DNA from: Verrucomicrobiia bacterium
Lineage (GTDB): Bacteria > Verrucomicrobiota > Verrucomicrobiia > JABWAM01
Reading direction: 5' to 3'
DNA: 48,419 bases
Assembly: GCA_013360985.1 (NCBI GenBank)
Contig: JABWAM010000001.1
Span: 1 to 48,419, forward strand
The stretch's first letter is position 1; the number at the start of each line of letters is the position of its first letter. A program made the position numbers and the translations under genes. Under the pieces are notes generated by a model. It saw only the letters and a program-made list of their open reading frames with translations. It searched no databases and was not told where the DNA came from. This document shows, in pieces, positions 36,256 to 43,864 of this stretch.

Positions 36256-37050
36256 TCAAGGCGTGCCGCCGGAACTCGTGAGAAACCAATCTTCCCGTCC
36301 GGGAGATTGGCAGAGATTGAGGGACGGATGCGCGCCCGACAACCACGCCACATGCGCATCGCAGAACAGCAGGTTCATTCCCCCGCGGTGACCGAGAAAT
36401 CCGTCGGCGCGGGCAAAAGGAACCGAGGGCGAAGGGAGCATGAGAAAGTAATAGGTGGCCGTCTGAGCGGTGGTGTTCTCTTCCTGCCAATATTTGAGCC
36501 AGTTGAACTCGGCGAGAAGGATCTTTTTTTCGGGTCGCACCACGTGGGAGGCGAGACGCGCATCGCCGTTGTCGTAGGCGCCGCCGTTCAGGATATAGCT
36601 CAGCAGCCCCGTTCCCCGGGCCGGAGGCGAAACCGGGGAATCGTTCACGGGCGCCGCGCCGCGCCGGTGCGAAGGATTGGACGGACAATCCCAGGCGGCG
36701 GAGTAGGCATTGCCCGAAACCGGTTTTTGAACGCCGAGATAAGGCTCGATCAGATGATGCCAATAGGAGCCGCCAAACGGCGCGAGGACGCCCCGGTTCT
36801 CCGTCGAATAGACGTTGAACGCGACTCCCAACTGACGGAGGTTGTTCATGCATTGGGCGCTCCGGGCCTGGTCGCGCGCGCTTTTGAGCGCCGGAGTGAG
36901 CAGCGCGGCGAGGACCGCAAGGATCGCGATGACCACCAAAAGCTCGACGAGCGTGAAGCTGTTCACGAATCGAACGCCTTCCCGCGCGGCGGGAAAGTGT
37001 TTCCGCCGCGCCGCCCGCTCCTCGCGACGCTCTCGAAAAACTTGGAACAT
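36256..37050 (-). CDS. prepilin-type N-terminal cleavage/methylation protein, DUF1559/H-X9-DG class pseudopilin
   Basis: [24 protein letters not shown] followed by [20 protein letters not shown]-terminal [15 protein letters not shown] is an H-X9-DA variant of H-X9-DG. Confidence 0.8.
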   Translation of the reverse strand: MFQVFRERREERAARRKHFPAAREGVRFVNSFTLVELLVVIAILAVLAALLTPALKSARDQARSAQCMNNLRQLGVAFNVYSTENRGVLAPFGGSYWHHLIEPYLGVQKPVSGNAYSAAWDCPSNPSHRRGAAPVNDSPVSPPARGTGLLSYILNGGAYDNGDARLASHVVRPEKKILLAEFNWLKYWQEENTTAQTATYYFLMLPSPSVPFARADGFLGHRGGMNLLFCDAHVAWLSGAHPSLNLCQSPGREDWFLTSSGGTP

Positions 37051-37101
37051 AAAATTTTGGACGGGAGGATGGAGTCGCCCGGTTCCGTCGGATTCGCCGC
37101 G

Positions 37102-38958
37102 TCATTTCCATGGGAGGAGCGCCACCTTGGCGCACTGACGCCCCGCAAACGTCTCGAAAGCGGCCTGAACCTCGTCGAAACCGAAGGTGTGCGTGATCAG
37201 CCGATCGATCGTATTCGGGGAACGGCGGATGAAGTCGAGCAGGTCGTGCGCGTCATTCAGGTTGGTATGCCAACAGCCGACGAGGGTGAGCCCTTTGCGG
37301 ATGAAATCCTTGCTGGGACTGATCGGAATCGTCCCATGGTTCTCCCCCACCATCGCGATCTTGCCGCGGACCGCGGCCAACTCGATCAGCAGCCGTTCGC
37401 CGGATTCCGTGCCGGAACATTCGATCCCGTGGACGACGCCCCGCCCGCGCGTGATCTCCAAGAGTTGCTCCCGGACTTCCGGAACTGTCGAATCGAGAAC
37501 CGCGGAAGCGCCGACCGAGCAAGCCAGTTTTCGACGGTATTCCTCGGGATCGAGCCCAATGACCTCGGCGCCCATGAACGCGGCGAGCGCCACCGCGCCG
37601 AGGCCGACGGGCCCCAACCCGCTGACGATCACCGGGGCGAAGGCGCGCGCGCCCACGGCGCGCACGGCCTCGAACGCGGGGCCGAGTCCGCAACCGAGCA
37701 TCGCGCCATGGAGATCGCTCACGTCCTCCGGCAGTTTCGTGCACATCACGTCCGAAACTTTCGTGAACTGGGCGAAGTTGCCCTGGAATCGGGGGCGGTT
37801 CCGACAGAAGATCACGTCGCCCTTCAGACAATCGTCGCAGATTCCGCAGGCCGTGATCGGGGCGAGGGCGACGCGGTCGCCGGGCTTGAGGCGCGTGCTG
37901 TGCGCGACCGCCACCACTTCACCGGCGCCTTCGTGACCTCCGTTGATCTGCTCGCCGTCGGCGAAAAAGGCCTTCATATTGCTTCCGCAGAGCAGCGTCG
38001 TCCGCAGCCGGAGAACGACCTGATTCCCCTCCGGCCGGGGGAGCGGCTGCTCGACGAGCCAGGCCTTCTTGCGGCCAAGCGCGACGACCTTCATCCGCTC
38101 GGGCAGACGCGGCCGCGGTGTGCGCGTCCACACGTCCTGGAATCGCGCGCCCACTCGGCTCAACACGTCCTCCGGCGGTTGCTCTTTGAACTCGTTCACG
38201 AACGGCTCGGGCGTGACCGGCCCGTCGTATCCGATCGTCCGCAGCGCGTCCAGGAAGCCGGGCAGATCGATCACGCCGGTCTCGCCGTGGACGCGGCGAT
38301 GGTGGTCGGTATGTTGCTCGATGGGAATCCCGGCGGGCGCGTCATTGATGTGAACATAGACGACCTGCTCCGCGCTCAACGCGAGGATGTCTTCGAGAGT
38401 GCCGAGCGACGTGTGCCAATGCCAGGCATCGAGGAGCAGGCCGCAGTTCGGGCCAACCGCTTCGCACAGGTCGAGCATCTGCGAAAGGGTATGGACGAAC
38501 GCGTATTTGCGGCCGTCCCGCAGCGTTTTCGGGCCGAGAAATTCGAGGCCGAGCCGACAACCATGCGTTGCCAATACGCTCGCGATCGGGCCGAGCCGCT
38601 TGATGTGAAATGCGAAATTCTCCCTCCACGGCAGCGTGTCCGACCAGGACGGGACGAACGTGTAGAATCGGACGCAGCCGATTTCACTGGCGATACGGGC
38701 GTGCTGCTCCAGTCGCGCCAATCCTTCGTTCGTCGCCGCGGCGTCGTCGCGGAAGTGGAACGGGAGTTTGCTGCCGCCGGGACGCAGGCCGTGCCGGGCG
38801 AGCGCGTCCGCGTATCGCGACGCGGCGCCGGCCGTCTCGATCTCAAGGTCCGATCCCTCGAAACCGGCGGCCTTCGCCAGCGAGAGCGATTCTTCCCACG
38901 AACATTGCAGACGCAACGTGCTGCGATTCAGGCAACGAAACATGGCTCGTGGGCTCAT
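37102..38958 (-). CDS. fusion protein: xylose-isomerase-like TIM-barrel (sugar phosphate isomerase/epimerase) + Zn-dependent MDR alcohol dehydrogenase
   Basis: 618 aa in one frame with no stop. N-terminal half: LLLDAWHWH, VHINDAP and GYDGPVTPEPF. C-terminal half: LCGSN...GHEGAGEVVAV, structural Zn site CGICDDCLKGDVIFC and Rossmann motif VSGLGPVGLGA. Confidence 0.75.
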   Translation of the reverse strand: MSPRAMFRCLNRSTLRLQCSWEESLSLAKAAGFEGSDLEIETAGAASRYADALARHGLRPGGSKLPFHFRDDAAATNEGLARLEQHARIASEIGCVRFYTFVPSWSDTLPWRENFAFHIKRLGPIASVLATHGCRLGLEFLGPKTLRDGRKYAFVHTLSQMLDLCEAVGPNCGLLLDAWHWHTSLGTLEDILALSAEQVVYVHINDAPAGIPIEQHTDHHRRVHGETGVIDLPGFLDALRTIGYDGPVTPEPFVNEFKEQPPEDVLSRVGARFQDVWTRTPRPRLPERMKVVALGRKKAWLVEQPLPRPEGNQVVLRLRTTLLCGSNMKAFFADGEQINGGHEGAGEVVAVAHSTRLKPGDRVALAPITACGICDDCLKGDVIFCRNRPRFQGNFAQFTKVSDVMCTKLPEDVSDLHGAMLGCGLGPAFEAVRAVGARAFAPVIVSGLGPVGLGAVALAAFMGAEVIGLDPEEYRRKLACSVGASAVLDSTVPEVREQLLEITRGRGVVHGIECSGTESGERLLIELAAVRGKIAMVGENHGTIPISPSKDFIRKGLTLVGCWHTNLNDAHDLLDFIRRSPNTIDRLITHTFGFDEVQAAFETFAGRQCAKVALLPWK

Positions 38959-38977
38959 AAATCGACTTCAACAAATC

Positions 38978-39424
38978 TCAATCCTTCACCTCGACGATCA
39001 TCTCGATCTCGACGGCGCTGTTGGCGGGAAGCTGATAGACGCCGATGGCCGAACGGGCATGGCGTCCTTTCTCGCCGAAGATTTCGTGCAGGAGATCGGT
39101 GCACCCGTGAATCACCGACGAGGTGTCAGAGAATCCCTCGGCGCAATTCACGAAACCGATAATTTTGACAATCCGGGTGATTTTGTCGAGGTCGCCGATG
39201 ACCGCCTTGATCGCGCCCAGACAGCTCAACGCGCAATCGCGCGCCCCGTCGAATGCCTGTTCCTTGGTGAACTCCTTGCCGACCTTGCCGAGGTGATTTC
39301 CCGAGGTGTGCCCCGAGGTGTACACGAGGTTGCCGGATCGCACGGCGGGTTCGGCCTTGCCGACGCCGAGTTTGCGTTCGGGAATGTTCAGTCCTTTGGC
39401 GTGGATCTTCGCTTCGATGTTCAT
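38978..39424 (-). CDS. RidA/YjgF/UK114-family (reactive enamine/imine deaminase-like) protein
   Basis: 148 aa from ATG 39424, which overlaps the upstream stop (ATGA). VRSGNLVYTSGHTS...GFVNCAEGF...ARSAIGVYQLPANSAVEIEMIVEV. Confidence 0.85.
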   Translation of the reverse strand: MNIEAKIHAKGLNIPERKLGVGKAEPAVRSGNLVYTSGHTSGNHLGKVGKEFTKEQAFDGARDCALSCLGAIKAVIGDLDKITRIVKIIGFVNCAEGFSDTSSVIHGCTDLLHEIFGEKGRHARSAIGVYQLPANSAVEIEMIVEVKD

Positions 39425-40512
39425 GGTTTCCTTTCGTTCGGTTTGATGGTTTCCGCGCATGCGTTCAACTCCGCGAGCGCGTCCCGGGAACGGTCTGCGG
39501 GCAGGCGCACGATGCCGCCATCCACGGCGGCTTGGGCGCAGGCCATGAGACCCTCGAACGTTTGCGCCGATTCCCGGGCGTGGTTGCGGTGCGTGCCGCC
39601 GTGGTTCAGCGCGTCGCGCAGCTCCGCCAGGAACGCGGGCGTCGCGTCCGTCCAGGAGCGAAGGTCGCCGGCGGTCTTCTTCCACCCGGCGGCTTTGCCG
39701 GGCAACACGCGGGAATCGCCCGCCACGCGCGTCTCGATCATGCCTTCCGTCCCGACGGCGCAGACCCGTTTCTGCAGCCAGTCGCTCGGGGAGTCTCCCG
39801 CCCGGGAGTACAGAAGCCCGCATTCCAGTGACGCGCGAACGCCTCCTTCGAACGCAAAATAGCAGTGCATCCACATCGGGGCCGGATGGATCTCATCCTT
39901 CCACGCGGCTCTCTTCGGATCGCCCAGTAACTCCGCGAAGGTCGCGGCGTCGTCCGACCACGACGCCATCACCCATTCGAGTTTCGGCTCGCCGGCGTAC
40001 CAACGGATCATGTCGAGGACGTGCGTGCCCTGGTTGAGCAGGTTGCCGTAGCATACGCCGCGAAGGAACTGGATTTCGCCGATCTCTCCCCGGCAAATCG
40101 CTTCTTTGCCGGCGACGAACTCCCGACAGAAGCGCATCTGGTGGCTGATGATCAGCGCGATCCCCGCCGTTTCGCACGCCTCGACCATCGAATCCGCCTC
40201 GGCCATGGTCAACGCCATCGGTTTTTCCGCGACGATGGCCTTGACCTTGCCGGCGGCAACCTGGCGAGTGAGGTCGGCGCGCCCGCGGGGCTGGGTGACG
40301 ATGCTGACGAGGTCGGGCTTCGCTTGGTCCAACATCTCCTCGACATCGGCATAGCCGGCGACCTGGAAGCGGTCCATGCCGGCTTTTCGCTTCTCCTCGG
40401 CGCGGTCCACCAACGCCACGAGTTCGATCCCGTCACACGCGGCGTAACCGCGCGCGTGATCGAGTCCGCGCTTACCGCATCCGATGACGGCCGCTTTGAG
40501 CGTGGCTTTCAT
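39421..40512 (-). CDS. Gfo/Idh/MocA-family oxidoreductase
   Basis: ATG 40512 overlaps the GH29 stop (ATGA). MKATLKAAVIGCGKRGLDHA and IVAEKPMALT. Confidence 0.8.
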   Translation of the reverse strand: MKATLKAAVIGCGKRGLDHARGYAACDGIELVALVDRAEEKRKAGMDRFQVAGYADVEEMLDQAKPDLVSIVTQPRGRADLTRQVAAGKVKAIVAEKPMALTMAEADSMVEACETAGIALIISHQMRFCREFVAGKEAICRGEIGEIQFLRGVCYGNLLNQGTHVLDMIRWYAGEPKLEWVMASWSDDAATFAELLGDPKRAAWKDEIHPAPMWMHCYFAFEGGVRASLECGLLYSRAGDSPSDWLQKRVCAVGTEGMIETRVAGDSRVLPGKAAGWKKTAGDLRSWTDATPAFLAELRDALNHGGTHRNHARESAQTFEGLMACAQAAVDGGIVRLPADRSRDALAELNACAETIKPNERKP

Positions 40513-41822
40513 CTTCCCACCCAAACGGTTTTCCCCCGCTGCGCCGCCCATGCGGTCATGCGGCGCGGATCGCCTTTCCACAGACGATCCACCGCCCACG
40601 GTCGCGCTTTCGGCGGCCCGTCGCACTCCAACCGAATCACGGGAAACAGATCGGTTGGCGACTTCTCCGGCAATCCCTCGATGGCGAGGTGGTCCGTCGT
40701 CTGTTTGAATCTGAGTTCGCTCCCGGTCGTGAGCAGCACGGCGCGCGTGACCGTCGTTTCGAGCCCGGCCAGCGTGAGCGCGCCGGTCCCGTCCCAGAAC
40801 CGAACGACCAGATACAGATTGCTGCCCTTGCGAATCTGCCTGCCGTGCGTGATGAACTCGCAGACTTCGCCCCGTTCGGAACCGGAGATGCACTCACCGT
40901 GGAGACGCATCCATTTGCCGATGGCGTCCGTGATCGCCACGAATTCGGACGGAAACTCGCCATCGCCGGTCGGCCCGACGTTGAGCAGGAGATTTCCGCC
41001 CTTGCTGGCGCACTCGACGAGTTTGTCGAGCAGCACGTCCGCCGGACGCCAACGTTCTCCCTTCGCGTAGCCCCACAGACGGGAGGTGCTCACGTCGCAC
41101 GATTCCCAGAGACGATGGGGGTCCTCGACGATACGATGCTCCGGCGTGCTGAAATCGCCGAGCGACCGCGATTGTCCGCCCGTGCCCGCCGGATCGTCTT
41201 CATCCCGGCCGAGCCGGTTGTTGATCAGCAGATGCGGCTGGAGCGAACGCATGGTCTGGACGAGTTCATGACTGCCCCATTGACGGGAGGTTTCCGGCCA
41301 CGCGCCGTCGAACCACATCACGTCGATGCGGCCATAGTGCGTCAACAACTCGCGCACCTGATGGTGGACGTACTCGCGGAACGCCGCCCAGCCCCGCGGA
41401 TCATGCTCCGGCCCCTCAAACGCGGCCGGCACTCGCCAGTCGATCATCGAATAATACAGCCCGACCCGCAACCCGGCGGCGCGAAACGCCTCGACGTACT
41501 CGCGGACAAAATCGCGCCGCGGCGCCTGCGCGGCGGAGGTGTAATCGGTGAACTTCGAGTCCCACAGGCAGAATCCGTCGTGATGCCGGGTGGTGAGCAC
41601 GGCGTATTTCATCCCGGCCTGTTTCGCGACGTCGGCCCATGCCGTTGCGTCGAACTTCTGCGGATTCCACCGGCAGGCCCTGGCCTCATAATCGCGCTGG
41701 TCGAGGCGCTCGCGAAACAAGACCTGTTCGCCGCGCCCGTACGCCGCGTACGGACCCCAATGCACGAAGAGACCGAAGCGCGCCTCGTTGAACCATTTCC
41801 AGTGGTCGGGGATGCCGCTCAT
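40509..41822 (-). CDS. alpha-L-fucosidase (GH29)
   Basis: ATG 41822 overlaps the upstream stop (ATGA). WFNEARFGLFVHWGPYA, KYAVLTTRHHDGFCLWDS and GLYYS. Confidence 0.85.
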   Translation of the reverse strand: MSGIPDHWKWFNEARFGLFVHWGPYAAYGRGEQVLFRERLDQRDYEARACRWNPQKFDATAWADVAKQAGMKYAVLTTRHHDGFCLWDSKFTDYTSAAQAPRRDFVREYVEAFRAAGLRVGLYYSMIDWRVPAAFEGPEHDPRGWAAFREYVHHQVRELLTHYGRIDVMWFDGAWPETSRQWGSHELVQTMRSLQPHLLINNRLGRDEDDPAGTGGQSRSLGDFSTPEHRIVEDPHRLWESCDVSTSRLWGYAKGERWRPADVLLDKLVECASKGGNLLLNVGPTGDGEFPSEFVAITDAIGKWMRLHGECISGSERGEVCEFITHGRQIRKGSNLYLVVRFWDGTGALTLAGLETTVTRAVLLTTGSELRFKQTTDHLAIEGLPEKSPTDLFPVIRLECDGPPKARPWAVDRLWKGDPRRMTAWAAQRGKTVWVGR

Positions 41823-43864
41823 TTCGCTTTCATCAGCTCCTTCTCGGGAACGGGAAACGCCCATTTCGCGAAACGACGGGCCTCGCGGATGACGGACGGG
41901 GTGAAGAGCATCCAGCTCCGTCGGTGGTCCTCGCAGAACCGTTGACGGGCCAGTTCGAGTTCGATCAGGCGATCCTTTTGCGAACGGTCGCCGTTCCGAT
42001 AGAGCCGGCCGCGTTCGAGGATCTCAATGCTGATTTGCGACCACGCCAGCGTCCGGGCGAGAAATTGAATCCGATCTCGCACGGCGGGCGGATCGGTGGC
42101 GGCGCGCGCGGTCGCCCGGTCGAGACCGCGGCGCGCCTCCCGGAAAAAGGTTTCGTCGTAGAACGAGGGGCCGTTGCTGTCGTACCACGGCGCCACGCGA
42201 TTCCAGCCCGCGGCGTGTCGTTCGCTGACGCGGCGAATCTGCATGAAATACTCGTGGACCGCCGGCGCGGCCCGTCCGAAACCGGCCGCGCAGTAATCCT
42301 GAATCAACGCGTCCACATCCAGATTCACGTCCCACAACAGGCGCGCCAGCACATAATGCGACAGCCCCATCCCGCCCCAGACATGATATTGCGAATCGAA
42401 ATCCGTTCCGATCAGCCGCGCGCGCCGCACGGCAAAACTCAGGTCCTCGGCGAACGGACGCGTCATGTCGACCGGCAGGCCCATCAGTTGATCGAGCCAG
42501 TTGGGCCGCCACATCATCCGCGCCCCCGTGCGCGCCCAGCCTTCCCACCGGGCGCGTTCGCCGCGGCGGTTCGCCTCGGACAGGTAAGGGTTCGAGCCGA
42601 CGTAGCTGATGACGACGTTCGGATGCACTTTCGCGCGCACCGGCGGCGGGTCGTAGGCGCAGTAGGCGTGGCCGACGAGCAGCAGGTTCGGATGATGCGC
42701 GCTCACGCGCTCGGCGACGGCGTTGTAGAACCGCACCATCCGGTCGCTCAGCGACACGTACTCAAACCATTCCCGCGTCACCGCGTCCTGCAACCGCATC
42801 GGCGGACCGTCCGGTTCGTCCCACGCCTTGCAGCGCGCGCACATGCAATGCCCGGTAAACCCGCCGTCGTTCGGCGAGAGCGAAAAACTCGCCATCTCCG
42901 GCTCCTTGCGAAACGCCTCCTCGATGTCCGCGACCACCTGGTCAATCACCGACGGCGAGCTGTGGCAGAGCTTCACCGCCGTGGGATCTCGCGGCTTGAG
43001 GTCCCGCTGGCCGCACGGTTGCACGGCGAAATACTCGGGATGCGACTCGCCAAAGCGTTCGTACCATCGCTCGTAGGCGTGGCCGGCCCGCACGTCGATC
43101 CCCGACCGCTTCTGCATCCGGTTGCGTAAAGTCCATTGTGTGGATTCCCGCCCCATCTGACGCCATTCGTTCGTCGTCCAGCCCAGCGGCTCCGCGTACT
43201 GTTTTATGAACGTCGCGTTGTTCGCCACGTCGCGCCAGAAGCGGATTCGCACCGACGGCGTCTGACGAACATCGATCGCGTCCGGTAGCGTCACAGTCGC
43301 GCGGCGCGGGATGACCTCGCCGAGGTCGCCCGGCCAGAGCCAGCGCGCGCCGAGAAACTTTTCGCACAGCAACGTCGCGGCATGATGCGTGCCCGGCAAC
43401 GGAACGCGGTCGTCGCCGATTACGAACACCGCGTTGGTGGCGGTCTGGACGACCGCCTCCTCGTAGGCGAATTGCTTCGCGTCCAGCCCGCGTTGACGGG
43501 CGGCCTCCGTCGGCCCGACGTAAACGAGCGTCGTGTTGGACGGCAGGGCGCAGCGGGCCAGTTGCGCTTCGGGCACGATGGGCACGCTCGCGCCGCTCAT
43601 GACCCGCAGGACGTGGGCGAGTTCCTCGCCGGCGAGCTTGCTGGAATAGGCCGCGTTGGCGTTGGTGCTGACCGCCACGACGATCGCGCAGCGCGGCGCG
43701 CCGTTCTCGACGAGGGTGAGTGCGCTGAGCGCCGGAGAGACGCCTGCCGCCAACGCGAGCAGCGCGACGAACCATGCGGCGGGGCGCACGGATGATGCAG
43801 GCCTCAAAACGCGCGACGCCTGGCGCCGCGACCGATCAAGACGCAACATTTTGTGAGCGCGCAT
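41819..43864 (-). CDS. secreted DUF4838-like glycan-active protein (GH20/GH67-N-like fold suspected)
   Basis: 681 aa (alternative ATG at 43849). Arg-rich signal DRSRRQASRVL...AAWFVALLALAAG. SLSPNDGGFTGHCMCARCKAWD resembles the Cys motif I recall for DUF4838. Confidence 0.55.
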   Translation of the reverse strand: MRAHKMLRLDRSRRQASRVLRPASSVRPAAWFVALLALAAGVSPALSALTLVENGAPRCAIVVAVSTNANAAYSSKLAGEELAHVLRVMSGASVPIVPEAQLARCALPSNTTLVYVGPTEAARQRGLDAKQFAYEEAVVQTATNAVFVIGDDRVPLPGTHHAATLLCEKFLGARWLWPGDLGEVIPRRATVTLPDAIDVRQTPSVRIRFWRDVANNATFIKQYAEPLGWTTNEWRQMGRESTQWTLRNRMQKRSGIDVRAGHAYERWYERFGESHPEYFAVQPCGQRDLKPRDPTAVKLCHSSPSVIDQVVADIEEAFRKEPEMASFSLSPNDGGFTGHCMCARCKAWDEPDGPPMRLQDAVTREWFEYVSLSDRMVRFYNAVAERVSAHHPNLLLVGHAYCAYDPPPVRAKVHPNVVISYVGSNPYLSEANRRGERARWEGWARTGARMMWRPNWLDQLMGLPVDMTRPFAEDLSFAVRRARLIGTDFDSQYHVWGGMGLSHYVLARLLWDVNLDVDALIQDYCAAGFGRAAPAVHEYFMQIRRVSERHAAGWNRVAPWYDSNGPSFYDETFFREARRGLDRATARAATDPPAVRDRIQFLARTLAWSQISIEILERGRLYRNGDRSQKDRLIELELARQRFCEDHRRSWMLFTPSVIREARRFAKWAFPVPEKELMKAK

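Noticed and set aside
36160-39162. 1000-aa ORF on the plus strand spanning three minus-strand genes and two intergenic gaps
   Set aside because: The translation is extremely Arg/Gly/Ala-rich and has no recognisable domains. It lies antisense to well-supported genes. The pseudopilin and fusion genes share the same phase (starts 37050 and 38958 are both 0 mod 3). High GC3 on the sense strand therefore removes T-initial stop codons in the complementary frame. This is a GC artefact.
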